A stretch of 64,000 nucleotides of DNA from an uncultured Desulfobacteraceae bacterium (lineage in GTDB: Bacteria > Desulfobacterota > Desulfobacteria > Desulfobacterales > UBA11574), in NCBI GenBank assembly GCA_964591175.1, contig CAZQAF010000011.1, forward strand, positions 3,208 through 67,207, in the 5' to 3' direction. Position 1 is the stretch's first letter. Every line of letters starts with the position of its first letter. The position numbers were made by a program, and so were the translations under genes. Below, one piece after another: positions 7,413 to 16,067 of this stretch. The notes under the pieces are model-generated. The model ran no database searches. It had not been told where the DNA came from and worked only from the letters and a program-made list of their open reading frames with translations.

Positions 7413-9059
7413 TTAACCAAATTGGTTTCGCAGCGCTTTTTTATTGATTTTGCCCACGCTGGTCTTGGCAATTGAGTCAACCAACTTTACTTTGTCCGGA
7501 ACTCCGAATTTTGGAATTATTCCGTTTTCGACAAACTGTTCGAAATAGTTTTTCAGATCTTCTCCGGTAACCGTGTTCTTAAATTCATCTTTTATCACCA
7601 CCAGTGCAAGGGGTCTTTCCCCCCACTTTTCATCGGCAATACCGATCACGGCGGCTTCGCTGACCGCCTCGTGCCGGCTGATAATGTCTTCCAGCGCCAA
7701 AGATGAAATCCACTCCCCGCCGGTTTTGATAACATCTTTGAGTCGATCGGTGATTTGGAGATACCCCTCTTCGTCAATAAAGCCGATATCTCCGGTATGG
7801 AGCCAACCGCCCGACCACAAATCTTCACTCTTTTCCGGATCTTTCAGATAGCCCTGGGTGAGCCAGGGTGTTCTTACCACCACCTCGCCGGTGCTTTTCT
7901 CATCATGGGGCAGCGGTCTCCCATCCGGATCGATGATTTCGAGATACACATTGGGAATGGGCAGCCCTGTTCTGCACCGTATGCCGATCTGTTCGTCCAT
8001 TCCCCATTCGAGCATCTTCGGCTTTAGATTGGCCAGCGTCAGGACCGGGCAGGTTTCAGACATCCCGTAACCGGTGAAAACATTGATGCCCAGATCGAGA
8101 GCCGATTTGCAAAGCCCGCGGGATAAGGCAGAACCGCCGATAATCACTTTCCATCCGGATAAATCATAATTTTCAATGGCCGGGCTGCTGATCAGCATGT
8201 GCATAATGGTCGGCACACAATGTGAAAATGTCACCTTTTCCGATGCGACCAGTTTCATCAGCATCTCGGGCTCGTATTTTCCGGGATATACCTGCTTTGC
8301 GCCGAGAAACGTCATCAGATAAGGCATCCCCCAGGCGTGAACATGAAACATCGGGGTCATGGGCATGTAGACATCTCCGGAATTGATAACAGCCTGTGAC
8401 TTGTATGCACAAAGGCCGGACATAATGCCGTAGGTATGAAGTACGAGTTGACGATGGGAAAAGAATACACCCTTTGGAAAACCGGTGGTGCCGGTCGTAT
8501 AAAAGGTTGTTGCCACGGTATTTTCATCCAAATCCGGAAATTCATAATCTTCGGCGGCATGGGAAAGCAGGTCTTCATATTCTCCGCTGGTAGCCAAAGA
8601 CGTTACGATGCTTTCCGGCTGATCTGAAATCAGAATAATTTTTTTCGGCGTCTCAAACTGATCTTTTACGGACTCCAGCAATGGAATAAAATCCGAATTC
8701 ACCAAAATCACATCATCTTGTGCATGATTAATCGTATAAATGAGCTGATCAGGGGACAGCCGGATATTGACGGTATGGAGCACCGCGCCCATCATGGGCA
8801 CGGCAAAGAAACATTCCAGATAGCGGTGGCTGTCCCAGTCCATGACCGCCACGGTATCTCCGGGCTTGACCCCGATATTTTTCAATGCATTGGCCAACCG
8901 ATGGATTCTCTTGCCGAGGCCGGCGTAAGTATATCGCATTTTGTCCCGATAGATAATTTCCCGGTCGGGTGAATAGACAAGCGGGGTCCGGAGAAAATGC
9001 TTAATCAGGAGTTGATAGTTGTAAGCCGACGGTGTGGGTTCAATTATGTTCGCTGTCAT
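7413..9059 (-). CDS. AMP-dependent acyl-CoA synthetase (fatty-acid--CoA ligase)
   Basis: 548 aa. AMP-binding motif YTTGTTGFPKGV, GYGMSET, and a C-terminal lysine region SVGKINKK. Confidence 0.9.
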   Translation of the reverse strand: MTANIIEPTPSAYNYQLLIKHFLRTPLVYSPDREIIYRDKMRYTYAGLGKRIHRLANALKNIGVKPGDTVAVMDWDSHRYLECFFAVPMMGAVLHTVNIRLSPDQLIYTINHAQDDVILVNSDFIPLLESVKDQFETPKKIILISDQPESIVTSLATSGEYEDLLSHAAEDYEFPDLDENTVATTFYTTGTTGFPKGVFFSHRQLVLHTYGIMSGLCAYKSQAVINSGDVYMPMTPMFHVHAWGMPYLMTFLGAKQVYPGKYEPEMLMKLVASEKVTFSHCVPTIMHMLISSPAIENYDLSGWKVIIGGSALSRGLCKSALDLGINVFTGYGMSETCPVLTLANLKPKMLEWGMDEQIGIRCRTGLPIPNVYLEIIDPDGRPLPHDEKSTGEVVVRTPWLTQGYLKDPEKSEDLWSGGWLHTGDIGFIDEEGYLQITDRLKDVIKTGGEWISSLALEDIISRHEAVSEAAVIGIADEKWGERPLALVVIKDEFKNTVTGEDLKNYFEQFVENGIIPKFGVPDKVKLVDSIAKTSVGKINKKALRNQFG

Positions 9060-9321
9060 GTTGGCTCCTCATATTAAGAATGAGACGAAACGCATATTTT
9101 ATAAGAGCGGCATCCTCAACTTATGCAATTCTTAAAATTTAATATAGCAGAAACAAATTAGAATTCAAGGAGATAAAACAGCGGGTAGTAAAATCCGAAA
9201 AAAGTGATTGACAAGAATATCGGCATCCGTTGAAGATTGGAATTTAAGATGTATCCGCATGAGGCGGATAAATCTGTAATTCGGTGCTAGGAATCTGTGA
9301 TTTTAAAAAAGGAGGTTCAAG

Positions 9322-9846
9322 ATGTTGCTTGAATCCTATAAAATGGAAATTTTCAGGGCCGAGTGCAATCCGGGTTTTGAAGCGCTGCATTGTTTTGCCC
9401 ATCTGGATCAGGATGTGGGAGAGGCGATCCCTTACCTCAATGCCGTTCTCGGCGGGTTTACGTATCAAAAAGACCCGCCCAGCGTCACCTTCAAAGCCCA
9501 TGGCAAACTCATCACGGTTCATGGCAAAAAGATCGCCGTCAATGCACTTAAAGATGAAATCGAAGCCGCTAAAATCATCGAATGGCTGAAACGAGAGATC
9601 AATTCGGCCTGGAAAAATCGAGATAATATCGAACCCCTGTACGAAGCGGCTCCCCACCCCAAGGTCATTGAAATCCTCAAGCTGCTGCCGAAAACCAATT
9701 GCAAAGAATGCGGCCTGCCCACCTGCATGGTTTTTGCCGCCCTGGTGGCCGAAGGCGCAAAAGGACCTGAAAACTGCCCGCCCTTGTGCGATGCAGATAG
9801 AGAACGACTGACGGGTTATTTGGGGCAATTTCGCTTTGATTATTAA
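9322..9846 (+). CDS. Small Fe-S cluster domain protein (RnfB/CFeSP N-terminal type Cys motif)
   Basis: Motif NCKECGLPTCMVFAALVAEG...CPPLC. AGGAGG lies before ATG 9322. Confidence 0.6.
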   Translation: MLLESYKMEIFRAECNPGFEALHCFAHLDQDVGEAIPYLNAVLGGFTYQKDPPSVTFKAHGKLITVHGKKIAVNALKDEIEAAKIIEWLKREINSAWKNRDNIEPLYEAAPHPKVIEILKLLPKTNCKECGLPTCMVFAALVAEGAKGPENCPPLCDADRERLTGYLGQFRFDY

Positions 9847-9962
9847 CGGCAATAGGATGAGGTGCGTTGACACAATTGATACAATGTAGTATGAACTAAT
9901 TATCATATAGAATATAGACTACTAAATTTTCAATAAATTCAAAATTTTTAGAGAGATAAATT

Positions 9963-10937
9963 GTGAAGCTGCCATCCCGGGTTTCAAAAAAGCTACTATT
10001 TTTATATCTTGGGCTCTTTCTGATCATGCTCCTTGCTTCAGGGTGCAGCAGTGATACCGGTTATACGCCGGTGAATTTCTCCAACACCGTTAAAATAGAA
10101 AAATCCACATCCTTAAATGACAAATCTCACACGTTGAAAGTCGCCGTATCGGCGATGGTTTCTCCCAAGGAAACCTTTTCCACTTATCGCAATCTGCTTG
10201 GCTATATCGGCGAACATCTGAATTACAAGATTCAACTCGTTCAACGGAAGACATACGATGAAATTAACGAACTTTTTCTAAAACGACAGATCGATTTGGC
10301 ATTTATTTGTTCAGGACCCTATGCCGTCGGTAAAGAAAAATATGGTTTCGAGGCATTGGCCGTCCCTGTTATCCGGAACAAGCCTTCTTACCAGGCGTAC
10401 CTCATTGTAAACAAAGACAGCGCCATCGAGAATCTTGAAGGGTTAAGGGGAGGCGTGTTTGCCATGACAGACCCGGCATCGAATACCGGTGCCATGGTGC
10501 CGCTCTATTGGCTGGCGAAAATGGGCGAGAAACCGGATACTTTTTTTAAAAATGTTACATATACATACAGCCATGACAATTCAATACTCGCCGTTGCTAA
10601 ATCCTTGGTGGACGGCGCTGCCGTGGACGGCATGATCTGGGAGTATTATAACGCCCGAAATCCGATTTACACATCCCAAACCCGCGTGATTAAAAAATCG
10701 ATTCCTTTTGGAAGCCCGCCTTTCGTGGCATCCAAATACCTGGCCCCCGAAATCAAAGCAAAAGCCCGGGATCTGCTCCTTAACATGCACAAAGATCCAA
10801 AGGGCAGATCCATTTTAAAGGCGCTGATGATCGACCGTTTTATATCCCCGAAGGACACCTGGTACCAGCCCGTACGTGAAATGAAAAAACAACTGAATAT
10901 CGTATACAGGGATTCGAATGTGGCCCAAAGATTTTAG
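9963..10937 (+). CDS. PhnD-type (phosphonate-binding fold) periplasmic solute-binding lipoprotein, probable sensor partner
   Basis: Signal peptide with lipobox LLASGC. PBP type-2 features (VAVSAMVSP, DLAFICSGPY, MTDPASNTGA). The 3' end overlaps the activator gene by 20 nt. Confidence 0.8.
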   Translation: MKLPSRVSKKLLFLYLGLFLIMLLASGCSSDTGYTPVNFSNTVKIEKSTSLNDKSHTLKVAVSAMVSPKETFSTYRNLLGYIGEHLNYKIQLVQRKTYDEINELFLKRQIDLAFICSGPYAVGKEKYGFEALAVPVIRNKPSYQAYLIVNKDSAIENLEGLRGGVFAMTDPASNTGAMVPLYWLAKMGEKPDTFFKNVTYTYSHDNSILAVAKSLVDGAAVDGMIWEYYNARNPIYTSQTRVIKKSIPFGSPPFVASKYLAPEIKAKARDLLLNMHKDPKGRSILKALMIDRFISPKDTWYQPVREMKKQLNIVYRDSNVAQRF

Positions 10938-13125
10938 AAAACGGCTCATATTGACCATTGCCGTAATCGTCATGGTCAGCGGCCTGATTATTTCCCAAAT
11001 CGTCATCCACCGATACAGCGCTACCTTATTCCAAATGGCGGCTGCCCAGGGCGAAAATATCGCACACAACCTTGCCTTGGATGCCGCCGACAAAATCCTC
11101 ATCAATGACTTGGTTTCCCTCCAAAATCTCCTTGACGACCGGGTACGAAGCAATCCAAAGATCGCCTATCTGTTTGTTGTCAGGGATCACCGGGTACTTA
11201 CCCATACATTTTCTAAAGGAATACCTGTTGAGCTGATAAATGCCAATGCCCCGGTTAACAGCCACCAGGGGCATTTGAAAAAAATTATTTCAAACACAAA
11301 CGACCGGTATATGGATTTTGCCTGGCCCATTTTTGAGGGCAAAGCCGGTATATTGCGTCTCGGATTATCTGAAAAACCGTTTCGAAACCAGATCCGTCAA
11401 CTCTGGATTCGAATGAGTGTCATTGCATTTGTGATTTTGATACTCGCGTTGGTTGTCGCACATCTTCTGGTCAAACATATCACTCGGCCGCTGGTTCAAC
11501 TCACCGAACAGGTTGAAAAAATCGATGAAGGTCATTTGAATGTGAACATCGAAAGCAACGACCATGACGAAATCGGCCGTCTGGGCGCATCTTTCAAACA
11601 GATGCTGACGCGTATCCAGAATTACACGCTGAGGCTCACAGAATATGCCAACCGCCTCGAAGAGAAAAATAGAGAACTGAATCTCGCCCACCGACAAACC
11701 CGGATTTCTTTCGAAATTGCCAAGGAAGTGGGCGCCTTGCCGAACTTAAAGGCGGTTTGCGAGTTTCTCGTTAAAAAGCTTCAAAATGTCGTCAAGTGCC
11801 AACATATGGTATTTGCGGTTTTCAGCAGCAAAAAGTCGGTTTTATTTGCCTATTCGGGAGACAATCTTACTACGGTAGAGGGAAACACGGTTGATACTTT
11901 GGCCATGGATCTGTCAAAGATCGAACAAATCGAATGTGTTGACAGCAATCAAATACATTTTGAGTTTAACGAACTGTCGTCGGCAAAAAAAACAATGGTG
12001 TATCCTATTCGACTCGAAAAGAGGCTGCTGGGAGCGATATATATCGGATGCCCCGAAGGCTGCGAATGCGCCGTCAATGAACTCGATATTATCGACTTGG
12101 TTCTGAGCCAATCCGGCGGAGCGATTTTGAGGGCAACCTTGTATGAGGATGAAATCGGCGATTTGAAACAAAAGGTCGATCAAACCGGATTTTCCGGCAT
12201 GATCGGTAAAGACCCCCAGATACAGGTCATATTTAAGCTAATTGAGGATGTCGCGCCATCGGATGCGACGGTATTGATCCAGGGCGAAAGCGGTACCGGA
12301 AAAGAAATGGTGGCCCATGCCATTCATCGCAACAGTTTTCGCAAAAACAAGCCTTTTGTGGTGATCAACTGTTCGGCATATCCGGCAACGCTTTTGGAGA
12401 GCGAACTTTTCGGGCATGAAAAAGGCGCATTTACCGGTGCGCTGAAAACCAAGCCCGGTCGTTTCGAACAGGCCGACGGTGGTACCGTTTTTTTGGATGA
12501 AATCGGCGAAATACCGCCTTCCGCCCAGATCAAACTGCTGCGGATATTGCAAAGCAGAAAGTTCGAGCGATTGGGCGGTCGGGAAACACTGTCCGTGGAT
12601 GTCCGCATTCTGGCGGCGACAAATAAAAACCTGCTGCAGGAGGTCAAAGACGGCCGATTTCGTGAGGATCTTTTCTATCGTTTAAACGTCATTCCGATCC
12701 ACCTGCCACCATTGAGGGATCGGCGAAACGATCTGCTGCTTCTTGTCCGGCATTTTCTGGATCGGTTTTCCAAAACACAAAACAAAACCGTAAAAGATTT
12801 TTCCACGGAAGTTATGCGAAGACTGATGGATTATTCATGGCCGGGAAATGTTCGGGAGCTGGAAAACACCATAGAACATGCCGTGGTTCTGACCAAGGGC
12901 GAGCAAATCCAGGTTTCGGATTTGCCCTCCGATTTTTTACGAGCAAAAACACCCGCTTCGAACAAAACGGTCAGCCTTGAGGAATCCGAAAAGCAGCATC
13001 TCATTGAAGCTCTCGAAAAATGCCGTTGGAATAAAAAGAAAGCCGCCCAAATTTTAGGTATCGGCCGCAGCACCCTGTACGTCAAACTCAAAAAATATCA
13101 ATTAAAGCCGCCCACTTATCATTAA
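10918..13125 (+). CDS. Membrane-anchored sigma-54-dependent transcriptional activator (periplasmic sensor-HAMP-GAF-like-AAA+-HTH)
   Basis: Two TM helices, a HAMP segment (ITRPLVQLTEQVEKIDEGHL...EIGRLGASFKQM), Walker A GESGTGKE, sigma-54 contact motif GAFTGA, and a Fis-type HTH AAQILGIGRSTLYVKLKKY. Confidence 0.9.
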   Translation: MWPKDFRKRLILTIAVIVMVSGLIISQIVIHRYSATLFQMAAAQGENIAHNLALDAADKILINDLVSLQNLLDDRVRSNPKIAYLFVVRDHRVLTHTFSKGIPVELINANAPVNSHQGHLKKIISNTNDRYMDFAWPIFEGKAGILRLGLSEKPFRNQIRQLWIRMSVIAFVILILALVVAHLLVKHITRPLVQLTEQVEKIDEGHLNVNIESNDHDEIGRLGASFKQMLTRIQNYTLRLTEYANRLEEKNRELNLAHRQTRISFEIAKEVGALPNLKAVCEFLVKKLQNVVKCQHMVFAVFSSKKSVLFAYSGDNLTTVEGNTVDTLAMDLSKIEQIECVDSNQIHFEFNELSSAKKTMVYPIRLEKRLLGAIYIGCPEGCECAVNELDIIDLVLSQSGGAILRATLYEDEIGDLKQKVDQTGFSGMIGKDPQIQVIFKLIEDVAPSDATVLIQGESGTGKEMVAHAIHRNSFRKNKPFVVINCSAYPATLLESELFGHEKGAFTGALKTKPGRFEQADGGTVFLDEIGEIPPSAQIKLLRILQSRKFERLGGRETLSVDVRILAATNKNLLQEVKDGRFREDLFYRLNVIPIHLPPLRDRRNDLLLLVRHFLDRFSKTQNKTVKDFSTEVMRRLMDYSWPGNVRELENTIEHAVVLTKGEQIQVSDLPSDFLRAKTPASNKTVSLEESEKQHLIEALEKCRWNKKKAAQILGIGRSTLYVKLKKYQLKPPTYH

Positions 13126-13154
13126 ATTTCATTAAACCCGATCCATAACCGTTA

Positions 13155-13203
13155 TGTCCAGATAATGTTCAGGCCAATAAAAAATGTGTCTATAATCTGG
13201 ACA
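13155..13203. promoter_or_regulatory. Inverted repeat TGTCCAGAT-N31-ATCTGGACA, candidate enhancer (UAS) site
   Basis: Perfect 9-bp arms at 13155-13163 and 13195-13203, about 255-300 bp upstream of the sigma-54 promoter. Confidence 0.4.
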
Positions 13204-13455
13204 CCCATAATGTCTCGTTATTTCATGATATATTCTCAAATCCAAAATAATACGTCCTGAGATCTTACACACTGTACAAATCGGTATCGGTTCTATTTTT
13301 TGTATCGATTTTCGTTGTTATTCACATCTTAGACACTCACCTCGTTTTTAGTAACCAAATTCTCCTTTTAATTTCATATAGATAATACCACCATACTTTT
13401 TGTATGGCAGTATCTTAGAAACCCTCAAAAGGTCGACGTCCACTTCAAATATCCA

Positions 13456-13470
13456 TGGCACAGGTCTTGC
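13456..13470 (+). promoter_or_regulatory. Sigma-54 (-24/-12) promoter TGGCAC-N5-TTGC
   Basis: Exact consensus TGGCACaggtcTTGC, 69 nt upstream of ATG 13539 and immediately downstream of a sigma-54 activator gene. Confidence 0.7.
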
Positions 13471-13538
13471 TCTGTACTTGCTCTGTATTTGATCGTTAGA
13501 AACCTTGATTCCGGAAAACCTCTAAAAAAAAATCAGGA

Positions 13539-13907
13539 ATGAAAAAAAAAATTCTCGTGATGAACGCCGATGAAAAAGAAAGCGGTGACCTATGCACCCT
13601 TCTGAATGAACGGCAGTATCTTGCCACCCCAACCTATTCATTGCCGGAAATGATCACGTTCATTCAGAATATCCAATGCATGGTTGTGATTATGGATCTT
13701 GATACGGTTCCCATTGATAACCGGACCATTCGGGAATTGACCCTAAAATACCCGGAGGTCTACTTTTTATGTCTATCCAAAGACCGATTTCACCCCCACC
13801 TAAAAGAAGCTCTGTGCTACCACATTTATGCATGTATCAATAAACCGGTCGATCCGGATGAATTATTTTTCTGGCTGAAAAGTATACGCGAAGAGAAGGG
13901 CGTATGA
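13539..13907 (+). CDS. Stand-alone response-regulator receiver domain protein
   Basis: 122 aa. KILVMNADEKE, phospho-acceptor context VVIMDLD, CLSK, and INKP (conserved Lys-Pro). Confidence 0.7.
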   Translation: MKKKILVMNADEKESGDLCTLLNERQYLATPTYSLPEMITFIQNIQCMVVIMDLDTVPIDNRTIRELTLKYPEVYFLCLSKDRFHPHLKEALCYHIYACINKPVDPDELFFWLKSIREEKGV

Positions 13908-13973
13908 AACAACCTTTTAAAATAACTTTCAATAATTTCATACCACAAAAACCTTAATGAAGGAGGTATTTAA

Positions 13974-14900
13974 ATGGAAAAGAGTACGCCATCCAGCCGG
14001 AGCCCGAATTCGAAGAATGAAGGCGGTCTCGCTTCTGAGCTTAAAAGCGTGAACCTAAAGCGGAGAACGTTTCTAAAAAATTCCCTGATGGCCGCCGGAA
14101 GTCTGGGTGCATTGAACTGTTTCTTGGAAAGAGATGCCCTGGCAGACGATGAACAAAAGGCTGCGCCATTGCAGTTTCCAAAAAATTTTTCCGACGGAAG
14201 TTCACTGGAACGCATGCGGGTGGAGCTATTACAAGCCCTGAAAAAACCGGTCTCCGAGCGCAAATGGGTCATGGTGATCGACCAGAAAAAATGTGTGGGT
14301 TGTGATTCATGCACGGTATCCTGCAATTCGGAGAATAATTTACCGCCGGGTGTGGTCTACCGTCCGGTTCCGAAACAAGAGGCCGGTACATTTCCGAATA
14401 TGGCCTGGATATTCACCCCCAAGCCCTGTATGCACTGTGACCAACCGCCCTGTGTACCGGTTTGTCCGGTTAAAGCCACCTGGAAGCGCGAAGACGGCAT
14501 CGTGGTCATCGATTACGATATCTGTATCGGATGCCGAAATTGTCTGGCATCCTGCCCGTATAACGCGCGAACCGCCGATTTCGGTGATTTCTTCGGCAGG
14601 GGAACCCCGGAGATCATGAGTTATGAAACCCGCCCCAACTATGAATACAGCAAAGACTGGGTCAGAAAACCGGGTACCGAAAAATCTCCTATCGGAAATG
14701 CCCGAAAATGCACCTTCTGTTTGCACCGAATACGCGTCGGCATGCTGCCGGCCTGTGTGACCACATGCCTGGGAGGTGCGACGTATTTTGGCGATTACAA
14801 CAGCAAGCACAGTCTGGTCCATGAACTCATCGGATCTGCCCGGGTCAAACGGTTAAAAGAAGAGCTGGGTACCCAACCTTCCGTATATTATTTGGTATAA
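13974..14900 (+). CDS. Tat-exported 4x[4Fe-4S] electron-transfer subunit of a molybdopterin oxidoreductase (TtrB/PsrB-like)
   Basis: Twin-arginine signal [19 protein letters not shown]. Cys groups [37 protein letters not shown] and CTFCLHR...CVTTC. Confidence 0.9.
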   Translation: MEKSTPSSRSPNSKNEGGLASELKSVNLKRRTFLKNSLMAAGSLGALNCFLERDALADDEQKAAPLQFPKNFSDGSSLERMRVELLQALKKPVSERKWVMVIDQKKCVGCDSCTVSCNSENNLPPGVVYRPVPKQEAGTFPNMAWIFTPKPCMHCDQPPCVPVCPVKATWKREDGIVVIDYDICIGCRNCLASCPYNARTADFGDFFGRGTPEIMSYETRPNYEYSKDWVRKPGTEKSPIGNARKCTFCLHRIRVGMLPACVTTCLGGATYFGDYNSKHSLVHELIGSARVKRLKEELGTQPSVYYLV

Positions 14901-14916
14901 AAAAGGAGAATAAACG

Positions 14917-16065
14917 ATGAATAAACCACAAAAAACCATATTGTTTATTATCTGGCTGGTTCTGTTGGTTTGGGGACTGATCGGGGTTTTCCAGCGTATG
15001 TCGTCAGGTGAACTCGCCATGAATTATGGGAGCTACATCCCCTGGGGATTATGGGTGGCCGGAAAAGTGTATTTTGTCGGTCTTGCCGTTGGGGCATCCT
15101 TTATTGCATGGTTAATTTACGCTTTCAACATTCGAGCCCTTAAACCGTTGACGCGAATATCCCTGCTGATATCCATCGCCACCATCATCGCCGGCCTTAT
15201 CGTCATCTCTTTTGATCTGGGCCACATGTGGCGCTTGTATGAAGTTTATACAAGACCCAATTTTTCTTCCCTCCTGGCGATCGCCTCCTGGTTAACCCTG
15301 GCGTATTTGATTTACCTGGTGATCGTATTGGGAATCGATCTTAAATCCGGACGACAAACAGGAAATGTACCCCGTGTTTGGGGCTGGGTCGGCATCTTTT
15401 TCGCCATCGCTTTTTCCGGTGCCAATGGTGCGGAATTCGCCACCATGGTTTCCAGCCCTTACTGGCATTCGTCCATAGGACCGATTTTGTCCATTGCCGG
15501 GGCCTTGCTTTCCGGAATTGCACTGGTGCTGGCTGTCAGCGCTTTGTCCGCAACCGACGACGGTATTGATGAGCAAATTATTAAAATATTAAGCCGGGCA
15601 GTCATCGGCCTTATTCTTTTCGTACTGGTATTGGAATGGTCCGAATATTCGGTTGCCATGTGGTATGGCCGAGGGGGCGATTATATTTCCATATCCTCCA
15701 TCCTTTTCGGTCACTACTGGTATGTGTTCTGGATTGTCCATCTGGCTATCGGATCCATCTTACCTTTGTTTCTTCTGTTGTGGCAACCCGCCAAACGCCT
15801 GGTCGCCGGTTTTTCCGGAGCCCTGGTGGCGATAACCTATATGGCGGTTCGCTTGAACCATGTCATTCCGGGTCAGATCACGCCGGCCATGAAAGGTTTG
15901 CAAGAGGCCTATACGGACAAGTGGCTGACGTTTAAATATTTCCCATCTCCCACCGAATGGGCGGTTTTTGCTTTTTCCGTAGCCGTCTGTATCGCCCTGT
16001 TTTGGCTGGGCAGCCGCATTATACCCGTTGGTTCACTCAAATCCGTTGACGAGGGAGGACGATAA
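14917..16065 (+). CDS. NrfD/PsrC/TtrC-type integral membrane quinol-interacting subunit
   Basis: 382 aa, hydrophobic throughout (8-10 predicted helices), located between the FeS and catalytic subunits. Confidence 0.85.
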   Translation: MNKPQKTILFIIWLVLLVWGLIGVFQRMSSGELAMNYGSYIPWGLWVAGKVYFVGLAVGASFIAWLIYAFNIRALKPLTRISLLISIATIIAGLIVISFDLGHMWRLYEVYTRPNFSSLLAIASWLTLAYLIYLVIVLGIDLKSGRQTGNVPRVWGWVGIFFAIAFSGANGAEFATMVSSPYWHSSIGPILSIAGALLSGIALVLAVSALSATDDGIDEQIIKILSRAVIGLILFVLVLEWSEYSVAMWYGRGGDYISISSILFGHYWYVFWIVHLAIGSILPLFLLLWQPAKRLVAGFSGALVAITYMAVRLNHVIPGQITPAMKGLQEAYTDKWLTFKYFPSPTEWAVFAFSVAVCIALFWLGSRIIPVGSLKSVDEGGR

Positions 16066-16067
16066 CC

